A DNA stretch of 64,000 nt from Podarcis vaucheri (taxonomy: Eukaryota). A model generated the notes under the pieces. That model was not told the origin of the DNA. It saw only the letters and a list, made by a program, of their open reading frames with translations, and made no database searches. The stretch lies in assembly GCA_965113315.1 (NCBI GenBank), contig OZ220371.1. One strand, written 5' to 3'. The position numbers and the translations under genes are program-made. Positions 13,937 through 27,641 of this stretch are shown in pieces; the stretch's first letter is position 1, and the number at the start of each line of letters is the position of its first letter.

Positions 13937-14635
13937 CAAAAGCAAGAGGCTAGAGTGTTGGACTAGGGTCTGGGATCTGAACTGGTAATGATGGACTAGT
14001 AACAAAACCTTCGGGTCATAGTAGCTCAATGCAGATGTTGACCCAGTGTGCAGCAGCTGGAACAAAAGCCAAATTTAATTATAGGGATCATTAGGAAGTT
14101 CACATAAATTTTTTAAAAAAATGCAGTTCAGAAGGGGTGGGATCTTGTAACCAATTTGCAGTTGCCCCCCCACCTCCCAGAGAAAGTGCTGGGAGGAGCA
14201 GCGATGATGAGTCCTCTTCCCCAGCCTACTAGACGTTCTAGAAGCTATTACTAGTCTTACAGAACTTAAAGAGAAGGCTTTAAATGTCTTGTCTCTCAAG
14301 CCCAAAAGCAAAAAAAACAACTCAGTAGCATTTAGTTATTGATTCAGCTGGTGTAGCTGTATTATTTTTTCTCCTGACAGGCCCTTTTTCAAGAGATGAT
14401 GCCCAATGGTAGCATAGAAACTCTTCTTCCCAGAAATGATAAAATGATAAAATCTCTTCCAAAATGAACCTGTAGTGCAAACAAATGGATGTTGTTATAG
14501 GAGCTCACATCTTCACTGCACAGAAATTCCTAGGGATCCAAGAAAGTTATGGCCATTGGTTCATTTTTTAAAAAAAAAAATATGGGAATTCTGGTTTGCT
14601 GAGCTAGTTGTTGAGCTATCCTAGAAATAAATTAA

Positions 14636-14914
<279 letters not shown>

Positions 14915-16024
14915 TAACAGTGTAAGTGTATATGAAATGCTCCCATCATGATTTATCATCACAATTTATTTGTGTTGGATCCAGCGTTGGTAATAAAATT
15001 GCATTCTTTTTTGCATACTTTGGCAATGACAAGAGCATTCTGATAACGCTGATGCGTGGAGCAGAAAATCCAGTTCATCAGATTTTTTAAAAAATCAAAT
15101 TTCTATTGTGGTTAATAAATGCTCTCGGTGTTTAATGCACAGTTCTCATTTTCACAGTAACTTGGATCCAAAGGGTCCATGTATGAGCACACGGTGCTTT
15201 TGCTTACACCTGGATAGGAGGAAATTGCTGATTCCCACCCTTGGCTTTCGATCCTTGGCTGTTCTGCCAGGGGCAGAGAGCAGGAAGGGCTTAGCTGGCC
15301 TGGACTCTGCTGGTTATAAACTGGCCCCACTGCCATCACCTGCTGGCATTGAGCCCAGTCTAGGTCCAATTATTACACCAGAGACAGGCTGGTGTGAAGG
15401 AGGGTTTTAGCTTCTCTGTGCTGTGAGTGATGGGGCTGTAGATGCAGCAGTGGCTGCCCCACTCTGTCGCTTTCCACTTCTACCTGGCTGGCATTAGAAT
15501 TGCTCTGTTACTCACCTGGAGCTGAGCAGATTGAAATGCTTTTGAGCTGGAGTGGAAAGTGAATCTGTGGGCTGAAGGCTTTAGGTAGAATGCCTTGCTT
15601 CCATCATTTCTCAAAGCAAGACCTTTTCATTTTGGCACTTCATCAAATGAAGTCCTCTATAAGACTCCTATTATGTACTTCTGACCATCAGAGAAGATTA
15701 AAAGGATGATACCTGAAATGAAACGTGGAGGCCTTGGTTTGATCAATGGTAAATTAAAAGATACCCAGTCTGATCTATACTACCTAGTTAACTTGAAGTA
15801 CTTGGAGTGTAGCCTGTTTAGCTCCGTTGACATTTATAGGACTAAATCGGGGGGGGGGGACAGACCCCAAGTTCTTTAGCTGATTGCAGAACAGGTTGTA
15901 CTTCTTCCATAACAGTAGCTGTGTTTTTTTCCCTAGGGAAGGCTTGCAGTTGGCTCATCCTCTTTTTGAGTCTGTGAATGGTGCAATAATGCTTCTGTAA
16001 CACAGGGCACAGAAGAGATTTCAA

Positions 16025-16169
16025 AGCTCAGTTGGTTAGAGTGTGGTGCTGATAACGCCCAGGTTGCAGGTTGAATCCCCGTATGGGACAGCTGCATATT
16101 CCTGTGTTGCTGGGGGTTGGACCAGATGATCCTCAGGGTCCTTTCCAATGCTACAGTTCTGTGATTCTA
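16025..16169 (+). mobile_element. tRNA-derived SINE with CR1-type tail (POM-SINE-like)
   Basis: A box AGCTCAGTTGG, B box GGTTGAATCC, tail GGTCCTTTCCAA...GTGATTCTA. Confidence 0.8.
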
Positions 16170-16467
16170 AGACAGATATAAAATGGCCAGCCCTTGTGTT
16201 AGCACCATATACAAATAATATAGCATACATGTGGGAATTGCAATGTCACACCCACACCATATAGTTATAACACATTACTCCCCCATGAAGAATCCTGAAA
16301 AATTCCCGTCACCCTTAACAAACTACAGCTCCCAGGATTATTTGGAGGAAGCCATGTGTTTTAAATGTGCTTTAAATGTATACTGTCAATGTGACCAAAA
16401 TGTTTCATTGTATCCTGGCCCAGTGCCAGGACTGCTTTTCTACTGGTCAGTCAGGCACCCTATAGGT

Positions 16468-16888
16468 CAGTGGCAGTCCTACATTTTGGGGGCCCTGAAG
16501 CTTGAACTATCATGGGGGCTCCTTCACAACTAGCAACAAGGTCTGGATAACCACAGTCATCTTCTTCAAGGGGGTTGTTCTATGACAGATCAGCATAATA
16601 TTATTATTTTTTTAAAATTAAGTACCAGTACTACACCTCAGATTTTGCTTCAAATTGCTGTACCATGACACTCTACCTTTACAACATTTGTGCTTTTGGC
16701 TTTCAAACTTTGGGATTGTTGAGATATATACAACAAAAAATTAATCCGTTTGAGCTGTGTGGCTCAAATTGGGTCTACCAGACCTAATTGTTTTAAGCAA
16801 CGTGGACTAAAGTCGCTTCTGGGACCCTCTGGGATTCGGGGCCCTGAAGCTTAAGCTTCATTTGTTTCATAGTAGATCCACCCCCCTG
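16468..16888. mobile_element. Degenerate hAT-like MITE
   Basis: Imperfect TIRs; subterminal GGGGCCCTGAAGCTT repeated near both ends; no clear TSD. Confidence 0.5.
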
Positions 16889-17620
16889 GGTCAGGCTTGC
16901 TCTCTCCCAGGGGTAATATAAGTAAGGAGCTCAGTCAGGCCAATTCACTGACCCTCAACAAGGCCGCTGAGCATCCTTAGTCTTCACTGGATAGTTCTTT
17001 GGGTATCGGCTGCCATTTTATACTCACATTGGAGTAAACCCCATTAAACTCAGCAGGTGTATACATGTATAGGAGTTACATACAGATACTTTTACTTTCA
17101 ATTATTTTTAGGACTGGGCCAGAATTGCTCCCAGTTTTGCAGGGCCATTCATCACCTCGTGAATTGAAGAGGTGTTCTCTTCAGCATTCATACGAACCCT
17201 GAGAATAGGCCTTGTGGGGAGGAGGCTGGCTGGACATTTTAGAAAGTTTTGTCCAATTGGAACCTGGCATGCTGAGAGTTTTGCACTGATGCTGTTAATT
17301 GTGATTAACACTGCATTAACAACAGTAAAGATCCCACAGCCACCTTGTACAGTGACTAAGGAAAGCACAGGCCTTATTGAAAACAAGCAATATATATATA
17401 CATATATATATTTGGAATTCGTAATATGTCCTGCCTTATTTGAGATTGTGTTGGGTTTCCCCACCCCAGAAATGCTCTCCACAAAGCCTTCAAAAGATTC
17501 AGCCCAGAACCATATCTTTTCCAGTGTAATCCATAATTAATCCCACATTATTTTATGAAGTGTTTCTTCTAGTATATGTGACATTTCCCTAATCAGATAA
17601 ATTATATATTTCTCTTGCAG

Positions 17621-17674
17621 GTTATTACAATTGGCAAGCATGTAAATGGATACCACTACATCATTGCAAATTTG
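17621..17674 (+). CDS. GRIA2: GRIA2 exon 5 (54 bp)
   Basis: cttgcag|GTTATT...AATTTG|gtaagt; VITIGKHVNGYHYIIANL; not in the ORF track. Confidence 0.96.
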
Positions 17675-18548
17675 GTAAGTTAATTTAATACTAATAACCA
17701 CAATTTAGCTCCCAGATATGAAAGTGGGGTTTGTTTGTTTGTCTGGTTTTGGGGTAATTTCATATGATATAGTTCATCAACAGATTAGATTGCTGTCTGG
17801 AAAACATCTTATAGAGCTGTTCAATAATTTGAAGTAGAAGAGGTAACCATGGATCATTTCAGAATTGCGTGAAATGATCATCCCCCTATCTAACAAGCCA
17901 GTTTTCCCACTCTGCCTTGCCCATTCCTCTTACTCACCCATCTCTTCTCATATTCCTCTTCTAACCCATTTACTGTAGCCTATTATTTTCCATGTGTTTA
18001 TTACACATGGATATCAGGGATCAGGAATATGCCTGTTGGTCCTATTTCTGACATGATGCATGATGCTGCCCTTTCCCATGACATTTGTGCATTGAGTGGT
18101 TATGTCAGAGAAGGTACCATGAGCCCAAGACCCTCTTGTTCTTTTTTTATGGCTTACTGTTAAATCATAAAGGGATCAATAAGGTTACTGTTACTTCTGA
18201 CAGTCAAAAAATATGATGCAAAGGGCCTTCTGAACATGCATAGACTACAGGTGCTTCCTTCTCGCAGCAGTTCTTCCTTACAAAAGTCTACTCCTGAAGA
18301 CCAATGCATTCCCTGAATGACATAGTCTCTATTTCCCTGAGCTCTTAAAGGTGAATGACAAGGCAGACAGCCAATTAACTCTTGGAAGTCTGCAGTAATT
18401 TTTGTTGGAAAGAGAAGAAACCCTTACATGAGGAAAAGTTTTACGAGTCAAATGTGTATGTGAACCTTTTAGTGTTAATGTTTTTCTTACTAAAATATGA
18501 CAGAAAAGTTGAATAACTGGCCAACTGACCAATGTGTTCAATGCCTAG

Positions 18549-18722
<174 letters not shown>

Positions 18723-19976
18723 TAATACACTTGGACTAGGGTATACTGTGGGAAAGAAGTGTTCGTTGTTGTAGTTGTCACACTAATAATGAATTCTGGA
18801 AGAACAGCTTTGTGAATCTATTCTAGAAAAAAAATGATAAACCTGTGGAAGATTGAAGACTAATAATTTTGATGAGGCATTAGCTCTCACAGACTAGTGC
18901 TCACTTCATCAGTTGCATGAACAACTATCCCATGTGGCAGAGTCAAAGGATAGCAGTGGTTGTGTCACATTTCTGTGAAAAATTAACTACCGTGCCCAGA
19001 ATTCATATGAAATAAAAGCAATAACTTCTTCATAATAGAAGTCATTGATGAAAATAGTCTTCCTTGCTAATGTCCTAAAGCAGGTTCATTACTTTCTGTG
19101 ATGCGAATGACACCCCCAGTCTTGACTGAATCAGAATTCGATAGAATTTAATTTTATATCCATGTTTCAGACTGAGGTGGTTTAATGGCCCAAGGGAAGG
19201 TATGCACTAATATGTCATATCTGTGACTTAAAATAGAAGAACCTCAACACTGCGACAAAGATGTAGTGATTAAAGGGGAAAGGAAAAAGAGAAAGACAGT
19301 ATGAGCTGTGGTGGTTAGATATTAGTTGTGGTGCTTCTCGCCTGGTGCTGCTTTTAAATTTTCATATTCCGCATGTGTTCGATAGAATATTCGTTTATTG
19401 AATTCCATCGCCAGTGTGCTGCATGGCTTATGCTGGTAGCTTAAAGGCAGGTACGTAGCTGTTGCATTTCCCAGTTGCCTTCCCCCTCCTGCTTCTCGTA
19501 AGCTGCAGTGACACCGGTTGTGAAAGGCTATTGCTGTAGCTCTGCCTCACCTGGCAAGTCCTACTTTCCCATCCCTCCACATTTGGCAGCCTCTGCTGTA
19601 TGGAAGAGCCTTACATAAGAGGAGGGGCCTCTAAACATTATTTGTTTAGAGTTGTTGGAAGAGCTGTAGATTCTGAAAGCTGTTTGTGACAAGAGGATGA
19701 AAGTTTTGGCATTCTGTATGGCTCTTTTTCTTCCCCACTCAGCCCCGCTGTTTTAATTAGGCATTGTCTTTCCAGAAGCAGTTTCCATAACCTTCTTCTT
19801 TTTTCCTCCTCCCACCTTCGGCAGAACATTCAAAATTATTGACTCAAAATTGGTTCTGGGAAGTAGGTTCATTTTCCTACAAAAATAGAAAAATATTTCC
19901 AATGTGCATATTTAATTCAGTTTATGTAAACTGGGGCAACTTCAACACAGAACTTGGATGAAAAGGAGTGCAGAGC

Positions 19977-20356
19977 TTTAGTAGAAATGTTATAAGGAAT
20001 TAAGTATAAATAGATTAACAGAAAATTAAAGGAAAAAATAAGGCAAGAATGTGTTAAGATAATTATAGGATAGAAAACAGAGGAAGATGGAAAGGAACTG
20101 CTGAAACAATTAATAGAAGTGGAATACAAAAAGGGAGATGAGAGGAGGTCGTTGGAAATAAGCGAATGAAAAATAAGATATTGAAAATGTTTGAGGTGTT
20201 TTTAAATTGTTTTTGTTTGTTTTTGTTTTGTTTTGTATGCAGGGTTTTTGTATTGTATTTGTATTGTTCTTCTTTTTCTTTTTCTTTTTTTGTTTGTAGT
20301 GTTGTGTTGAAACTGTTCGAAAAGTAATAAATATCATTTAAAAAGAAAGAAAGAAA
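19977..20356 (+). mobile_element. L1-type LINE 3' UTR fragment
   Basis: 17-bp TSD GAAAAGGAGTGCAGAGC (19960-19976, 20357-20373); AATAAA and A/GAAA tail. Confidence 0.8.
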
Positions 20357-21640
20357 GAAAAGGAGTGCAGAGCATATTTATGAAATGCTAGCAACGGAGA
20401 CTGCTTATTTATTTATGATGTTTCTATGTTGCTCCAAAGCACAGAGATCTCTGGGCAGCTTACAACAAATAAATTAATTTTAAAAGCCATTGCAATACAA
20501 AATTAAAAATAAAACTCCAACATCATAAATGGCATAAATACAGTTTTAAAAAACCCAACCCCAAAACACATCATACCCCAAAGTTGAAAAAGATATTAAA
20601 AACCTGAGGTGCCCAGACTGCAGGAGTTATTTTAAAAGCTTTGGTGGCCACAAAGGTATTCACCTGAAGCTGAAAAGACCACAAAGATCAAATCAGACAA
20701 GAAGTCTTAGGAAATCTGTTCCATAACCAGGTTGACCAGGTGGTTATCTGCCTCAATTCGAACAGCAAGTCTACTCAGAGCACGACTTGTTCCACCTTGA
20801 TATCCCAAGTTACTAAAGCTCAGTAAAAACTATACCTTATTTCATCACCAAAAGAATTCTGGGCACTGCAGTTTACGCCTCACAGAATTACAGTTACCAG
20901 CAACCCATAACACACTACAGTTCCCAGAATTCTTTGAGGGGAGAAATGTGCTTTGAATGTGCATTAAATATAATGTGTGTACAGAGAAGCAGAAATATGA
21001 CAGCCTCACCCCAGTACCAAAGTACAGCTCCAGAAATATTTTGCAATTCAGACTCGTCGTTTGATAGCAATCACTACTTGTCCTCAAGTTGCCTCCAGTT
21101 CCCCTTCAGTACATTTCCACAAGGAAACACACAAGGCCACTTTCTGTTGTGAGCATGATAAGCAATAAAATATGACTGACATAAATCAGTATGTCATATT
21201 ACAACACAAGGATGTGAGATATAGTACTAAATGGAAAGAGACATTTCCAGCCCAATTCACACCCTCAAAAAATGCATTTTAAAGGGAGCATTGTTTATTT
21301 ATTTAGAACAATCTTCAGAGTTTGTTTCTAACATATTTTTCAGGATTCAAACCACCACCCCCTTTGATTTCTTAAAACATTGGTGGGGAAAGGAATAAAA
21401 GTCCTGCAGATTCTGTCCCTTGCACTATAGTAATTTATTTCTATTGTTGTAGACGAGAGAGAGGGGGGGGTCCATTGATTTTCAGTCTGCCATCTCACAG
21501 GTCCCAGTTTGCACAATCTTCTGCTGTGCCTATGCAGAGAGATTGGTAAGTGGCCTGAACAGAATGAACCAGTGATGGTGCAAGTCACCATATGATGGCA
21601 CATCGCTTTACTACTACAGCATAGTTTGGGCTCCCTTTGA

Positions 21641-21880
21641 TTGTTGTTGTTTAGTCGTTTAGTCGTGTCCGACTCTTCGTGACCCCATGGACCAGAGCAC
21701 GCCAGGCACTCCTGTCCTCCACTGCCTCCCGCAGTTTGATCAGACTCATGCTGGTAGCTTCAAGAACACTGTCCAACCATCTCATTCTCTGTCGTCCCCT
21801 TCTCCTTGTGCCCTCCATCTTTCCCAACATCAGGGTCTTTTCCAGGGAGTCTTCTCTTCTCATGAGGTGGCCAAAGTATT
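21641..21880 (-). mobile_element. BovB (RTE) LINE 3' end, 5'-truncated
   Basis: ORF end YFGHLMRREDSLEKTLMLGKMEGTRRRGRQRMRWLD...HGVTKSRTRLND, (CAA)n tail, 11-bp TSD TCCCTTTGATT. Confidence 0.95.
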
Positions 21881-24800
21881 CCCTTTGATTACTAAAGCCC
21901 AAAAAGTCTGAAAGACCAAGTTCTTCCCTACAGACCCTCTCAGCAGAGGTTGCCCTCTTGGTAATGCTACCACCCTCAGAGTGTGGGGGGCTGGGGGAGT
22001 GAGCCAGGAAATGGCATTTTCTGTGGCAGCCCCTATGTTGTTGTTGTTATTTATTAACTGTATTGGTTGCTCTTCTTTGCAAGGTAACTCAAAGCAAGTT
22101 GCACTATATAAACAGACTCGTTCTTTAAAACTGGCATAAAAGAAAACAAAAATCTTAAAGACAAAGCTATTTTTAAAAGGCAGGATTTAAAAACTCCACC
22201 CACACAAGGAGGCCACAGATAATTATAGATTAATTATAGAATTGTATAAGTTGTAGAATTCCCTCTCACACAGAGGTGCGTCTGCCACCTTTGTTGTACA
22301 GTGAGCTACGATATCCTTCTGAGTCAACCACAGATTTTCTGTCTCTGAATATAAGAGATAAGGCAGCACAAGTAAAGCACTTATTTTCCTGGATAATGTG
22401 ACTGAAAAGCCAGTTGCCAGAATGTCATCTCCTTTGAAATAAGGCGAGCTGTTAAAATGGAGAACTTCAGCTCTCTGCTTGTCAATAGATTTCTGTTTCA
22501 GTGGAGGCATTTTTAACACAGCCTAACAGTAATCATGGTGGGAACCAGATGTTCCAAGCAGTTTACATTAATTTAAAAGCAATTTTGTTATAGTGCATGG
22601 TTGCTTCAGGTTGCTGTTGGTTTTTTTCTTTTTGCTCTACTGCAGTCTTAAGGTTACCTGAAGGCAGCATTTATTTAAGGTAGGATGTAAGGTAGCATTT
22701 ATTTTGTCAGCATGTGTGATTTAGAACACTCTTCAATCAAAAGAATATGTCAGAGGCAGAAAGGGAAGCAGGGATGGTTCAGCTTCCTCTGAGACAAGCA
22801 AAATAAATTTTAAAGAATTGCCTGTAAAATGCTTTAAGAAAAAGTTAGAGAGGGGAAGATGATTGGGACATCATATCCTTTCCCTTCTTTCCTTCCATTG
22901 ATGCTTTTTACCAGTATTGCTACTTCTTGCCTCTTAGGAATGCAGACAAGGCTCATTCACACTTTTAATAAGGCCACTACTTCTGACTCTTTTCTCCAGA
23001 ATTTCTCAGACTAGTTTTATGCCTCCCCTCCCCAGTTATTGCCTTTTTCTTCCTCTGGACATGCCATGTAAACTAGCAGTATGATAATATTATGCTTATT
23101 GATGGAAGTGGTATCAGATCTGTTTGTCCCCCCCTTGCCCCATCTTTGACTTTTACATCTGTGGAAAGGTTGTGCTGCCCTCCATTTTACAATCATGACC
23201 AAATGTTACTTAGGTACGACATCAACGTCAGTGTAATGGTTTTTCGGATGCCACTTCTCAGAGTAAAGCAACACACCTGCAGTGTCCTGATGCATTTGAA
23301 AACTTTCTTCCAAATATTTAATTTGCTATCTGTGTGAGTTTTGGAATGAAAGAAGTGGGATTTGAGTTTGGACTTGGCCAGCCAGAAAAAGATGGAAAGT
23401 GTGTTTGAAAATGAGGAAGGGATTGGTTCTGCAATGAGGAAGGGCAAATAAAGTTTGGAAGCTGGGTATTTCAGGGAATCAAATTCTTGGAAAGATGTGG
23501 GGGAATTGTCTGGCTTCTCATCTTTGCTCCCAGTGGGTGTCTGGCAACATTTTGTATGATCTTAAACTCCTTAATTAATTATTTTCTCTTCTGGAACAAT
23601 TTGAACTCAACCTCCCCACTGCTGTTTGTTTTGTTTTGGGTTGTGAAACTGACTATATTAATAGAGCAGGACAAGGCGGGCAGGGAGGATTTCTCCTGAT
23701 CAGGCATAGGACTTACACAGCCTGATCAGACACATGTTCCCTAAGTGGTAAAGCTGCCTTGGCCCATCCCATGGTCTTATTTCTCTTCCCACTTTGGTGC
23801 TTGCAGCAGAGCCTGGAAATGACTGCAGTAGCAAATACCCACCCTTCAACGCCTGTCCAGGACTGTGCAGACAGTGGCACCTGTGGGAGTGGATAGCCAG
23901 TCAATCTCTTCCATATCCTCCCCTGGGCTGTGTTACATTCCCCCTGTGTCCACCCCACACACCCCTGAAGTGATGCTGAGATTGCTCTACCCCTCCCTGC
24001 CCCAAGCAGGGGCTGTAATTTCCAATGCCTTTAATTTATATGCTCCTTCTTAGATGCATGCCCATACTTAGGTTGAAGCAAATGCTAGTGCAAATCTGTT
24101 TTGAGCATGTGGTCCTTCAGGCCTCTCTATGTGGCCCTTGGGACTTTCTACAGACCACACCAATCCTTCTCCTTGATTGCTTTTGCCTGGCTGGAATGGG
24201 TCTGTGAACTGTGAACATGTCTCTTGCTTCCCTGGGTGGAGAGGGTGTGTGGTCTGTGTGGTTTGTGTGTGTATACAAACTTTGGGCTTTTGCATAGCTG
24301 GAATGTAACCAGCCAAAATGTAGTTCAGTGATAAGAGTCCTATCCATTCTATAATGTTCTGCCATTGAGCTATGATGTGCACGAAATGATTTGGGAGAAG
24401 TGGGTTATGTGTTTAAAGTGTGACCTTTCTCCTTCTTTTCAAAAACACAATTTAAAGCCACAAGCTTTGACAGCAGCTTAGGAAGTGTGGTGGCATCACC
24501 ACACCTACGACCACGTCTGCTGTTGCATCACAGAACACTTGGGAGAATGACATGAGCCACTACTTGGCAAGAAGGCTAGAAACAGCTCAATTTTATTAAA
24601 AGACACAGACGAACCAGTATGTTGAACCTTAGTTCAGGGGACTGGGCAAGAGCATCTTCTACTTTTGCAGCTCTGCTAATATTCTATTTCTATGCAGATG
24701 CATTTAGGGTTTTGAGAAAATTGGATAAAACACTACGAGATCTACTTGGGCAATTAGGAAATGATAGGAAAGAGCAACCGCAAGATAAATCTAGAGCCTT

Positions 24801-26182
24801 GTGCTACACTTTTTAATACTGACACTTTGTTCTTGAATCATTAATCAGTGTATACAGGGATGAAAATATTACATCCATATACTTAACTTTGTATAAAGGT
24901 CACAGGCCTAGAAAATAAACCACCCTACTGTTTTGTAATTAATACTAGCTAGGAGTACGCGTCATAAACCATTTTATATTTGCCTCAAGACTGCAGTCAT
25001 TTCAGGGCGCATATAAGTGATTACAGTAGCAGCAGGAGAAATTGCCTATCTCAGCGGTGTGCTCTAGCATAATTTAGTTACTGACTAGTCTCCGAGCAAG
25101 CAACGCTAAATCATTCCAGCAAAAGATTAAATTTGGAAAATTTTGATCTATACTGTACTCCATACATGATCAGTGAATACGTGATCAAGAGAGAAGGGCA
25201 GATGGCAGCCATAAATGCTTCTGAGCACACAAACACCCCATTGCGTTACAGTGCCGGCTTTGCTTTTCTGGAGAGAAAAGGAAGTTGTTCAAAGTAGATA
25301 GTTCACCCCTCTGTGGGGGTGTCTAAGATAGATACTCAAGTGGGGAAATTTTTTCACCATGGGATACATTTAACCTGAAATGTATCATCTCATCCATAGG
25401 AGTCTTCTGACCCACGTCCTTTCTGTTTAAGGTGAAAGGATAAACAGATGTTCACCATTCATGCTACTGCTGGCTTCCAATACTAGTGGAAGTTGATGCA
25501 GTGACAGGAGTCTGGTAGCCTGAAAATGACAAGGAACAAGTTTATACAAGGAAAAGGCATTTGCTGCCATGATGCCTGAACCAGGAGCTTAAGATCAAGT
25601 GCCATAATAAAACCTTGCCATAGCTTTTAGGGGATTTTTGAGCAAACTGATGGAGCAAACGCCCTGTACATGTTCCCAGTAGTATTCACTGTTGGCTGTT
25701 TGTATTACAACTAGATATTTTTTACAGTTAATCCTCAAACTGCACTAAAGGTTGGCATCTCGTTAATTGGCCCTGAAACACAAACTCCTCTCCAAGTATT
25801 AGATGCAGACTTTACAAAACTCTCGAAAATTCTCTCCTGGGAGCTTTTAAGTAGGGAAAGTGAACTTGTATATTCTGTTATAATAAAAACTATAGGAAGG
25901 CCAGTTTCACTAAATCATTGTCTTATTAGGCACGCTGTAAGTGTGGCAAAACATTTCTGTTATTACAAGAAAAAATATCCAAATGATGGCACTCTTTAAA
26001 TCTTTATGAGGTGCAGAAAATTGAAGTTTCTGTGTGGACAAGATTTTCATGCTTCCAGCTGTTGAACAACTGCTGCAAGGTTCTAAAGAATTAATTTCAA
26101 ATCCTAACTTTCTACAGATTATGGTTAGGAACACTGGGCTTTACATTATACTTTACATTATGCTGAGTCTATCCTCTTAGTT

Positions 26183-26318
26183 CAGTGGTTCTCAACCTTG
26201 GGTCCCCAGATGTTTTTTGCCTACAACTCCCATGATCCCTAGCTCACAGGACCAGTGGTCAGGGATTATGGGAGTTGTAGGCCAAAAACATCTGGGGACC
26301 CAAGGTTGAGAAAGGTTG
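26183..26318. mobile_element. Palindromic hAT-type MITE
   Basis: Near-perfect fold-back of about 50-bp arms TTCTCAACCTTGGGTCCCCAGATG.../...CATCTGGGGACCCAAGGTTGAGAA. Confidence 0.85.
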
Positions 26319-27127
26319 TAGACTTAGCTCAACATCGGGGGTTGCCAATGTGGCGCTGTCCAGATGTTGTGGACTCCATCTCCCATCATCCCTGATCCTG
26401 GCTGAGGCCGATGAGAGTTCAACATGCCTAGGACTGGGCTGCCAAGTCCTCTCCTTTGATACCAAAGCTGGAGGGTGGCTAAAGCTTGTTGCAGTCATGT
26501 TGCACAGTGCCTACTACTGTTGACTCTAGGACTCAGGGACTTTCCGGTGTGATTTTCTCAGGGAGCTGCTGGCAGCTGCTACTCCCCTTGTCATTACTCA
26601 TGGGGTTAGATTAGCTAGGACTATATGCTGAACTGTCAACCTCATCACCACTAGGAGAACTCTTAACCTTAAGGGCTGGCAATGAAAGATAGGGTATGGG
26701 AGCTGTTCTGCTTTGCTGTAGGGACCAACTTTTGCTCATCCCCACCCCATTGTGTACAACCGCTGTAATTTTGGCTACATGAGTGATGCTACTTGGAGAA
26801 CTGAATCATAATTAGCATAAAGGATGGGCTTACCAATGAGATGACCTCCAGATGTTGATGGACTCTCTCAACAGCATGACCAATGACAGCATCTGGATGG
26901 CTGCAGGTTCTTCACCCTCAGCAGCTCCCCCAGTGTTGGGTAATGATAAGAAATATGCACTGAACTAAATCAGTTGTATGCATTGTGGAAAAATATAACC
27001 TCAAAGGGCGTGGAAATGATCTTTACTTTCCTTCCTTCTCTTTTAATGGATGCAATCAGTTACAAATAAGTACTGAAGGCTAGTTTCCTTAACTTGTGCT
27101 TAATGAATTATATTTGCTCCTTTTCAG

Positions 27128-27295
27128 TACACATCAGCTCTGACCTATGATGCTGTCAAAGTGATGACTGAAGCTTTCCGTAACTTGCGTAAACAAAGGA
27201 TTGAGATTACCAGAAGAGGAAATGCTGGAGACTGTCTTGCAAACCCAGCAGTGCCTTGGTCACATGGTGTAGAAATAGAAAGGGCACTGAAGCAG
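27128..27295 (+). CDS. GRIA2: GRIA2 exon 7 (168 bp)
   Basis: ttttcag|TACACA...AAGCAG|gtattg; [56 protein letters not shown]. Confidence 0.96.
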
Positions 27296-27536
27296 GTATT
27301 GTGGAATTACTGTGTATTAAATGACCTCTGAATGTCTTCAACATTAAAAATAAAAATAAAGGAAGACCAGTCAACCTGTGTATCCAACACTTCTGCGAGG
27401 ACTTCTCAGCAATGCAGAAAATGACAATCATCTGTAGAACGGTCCTCAGCACAAATAAAAATTCAGTTGATATGAAATGTATATTGTGGACAAATCAGTT
27501 TAACTTTACCATCCTTTCCATCCTTATTTCACATAG

Positions 27537-27641
27537 GTTCAGGTGGAAGGGCTATCAGGAAACATAAAGTTTGATCAGAATGGAAAGAGAATTAACTATA
27601 CAATAAATGTCATGGAACTCAAAAGTACCGGTCCCCGGAAG
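27537..27641 (+). CDS. GRIA2: GRIA2 exon 8 (105 bp)
   Basis: acatag|GTTCAG...CGGAAG|gtaatt; [35 protein letters not shown]. Confidence 0.96.

Noticed and set aside
16025-16085. tRNA-Ile(GAT)-like sequence
   Set aside because: No acceptor stem, and it runs into a CR1-type tail, so it is a SINE head.
17642-17653. K-to-N change in exon 5 (HVNGY) as a new glycosylation site
   Set aside because: N-G-Y is not an N-x-S/T sequon.
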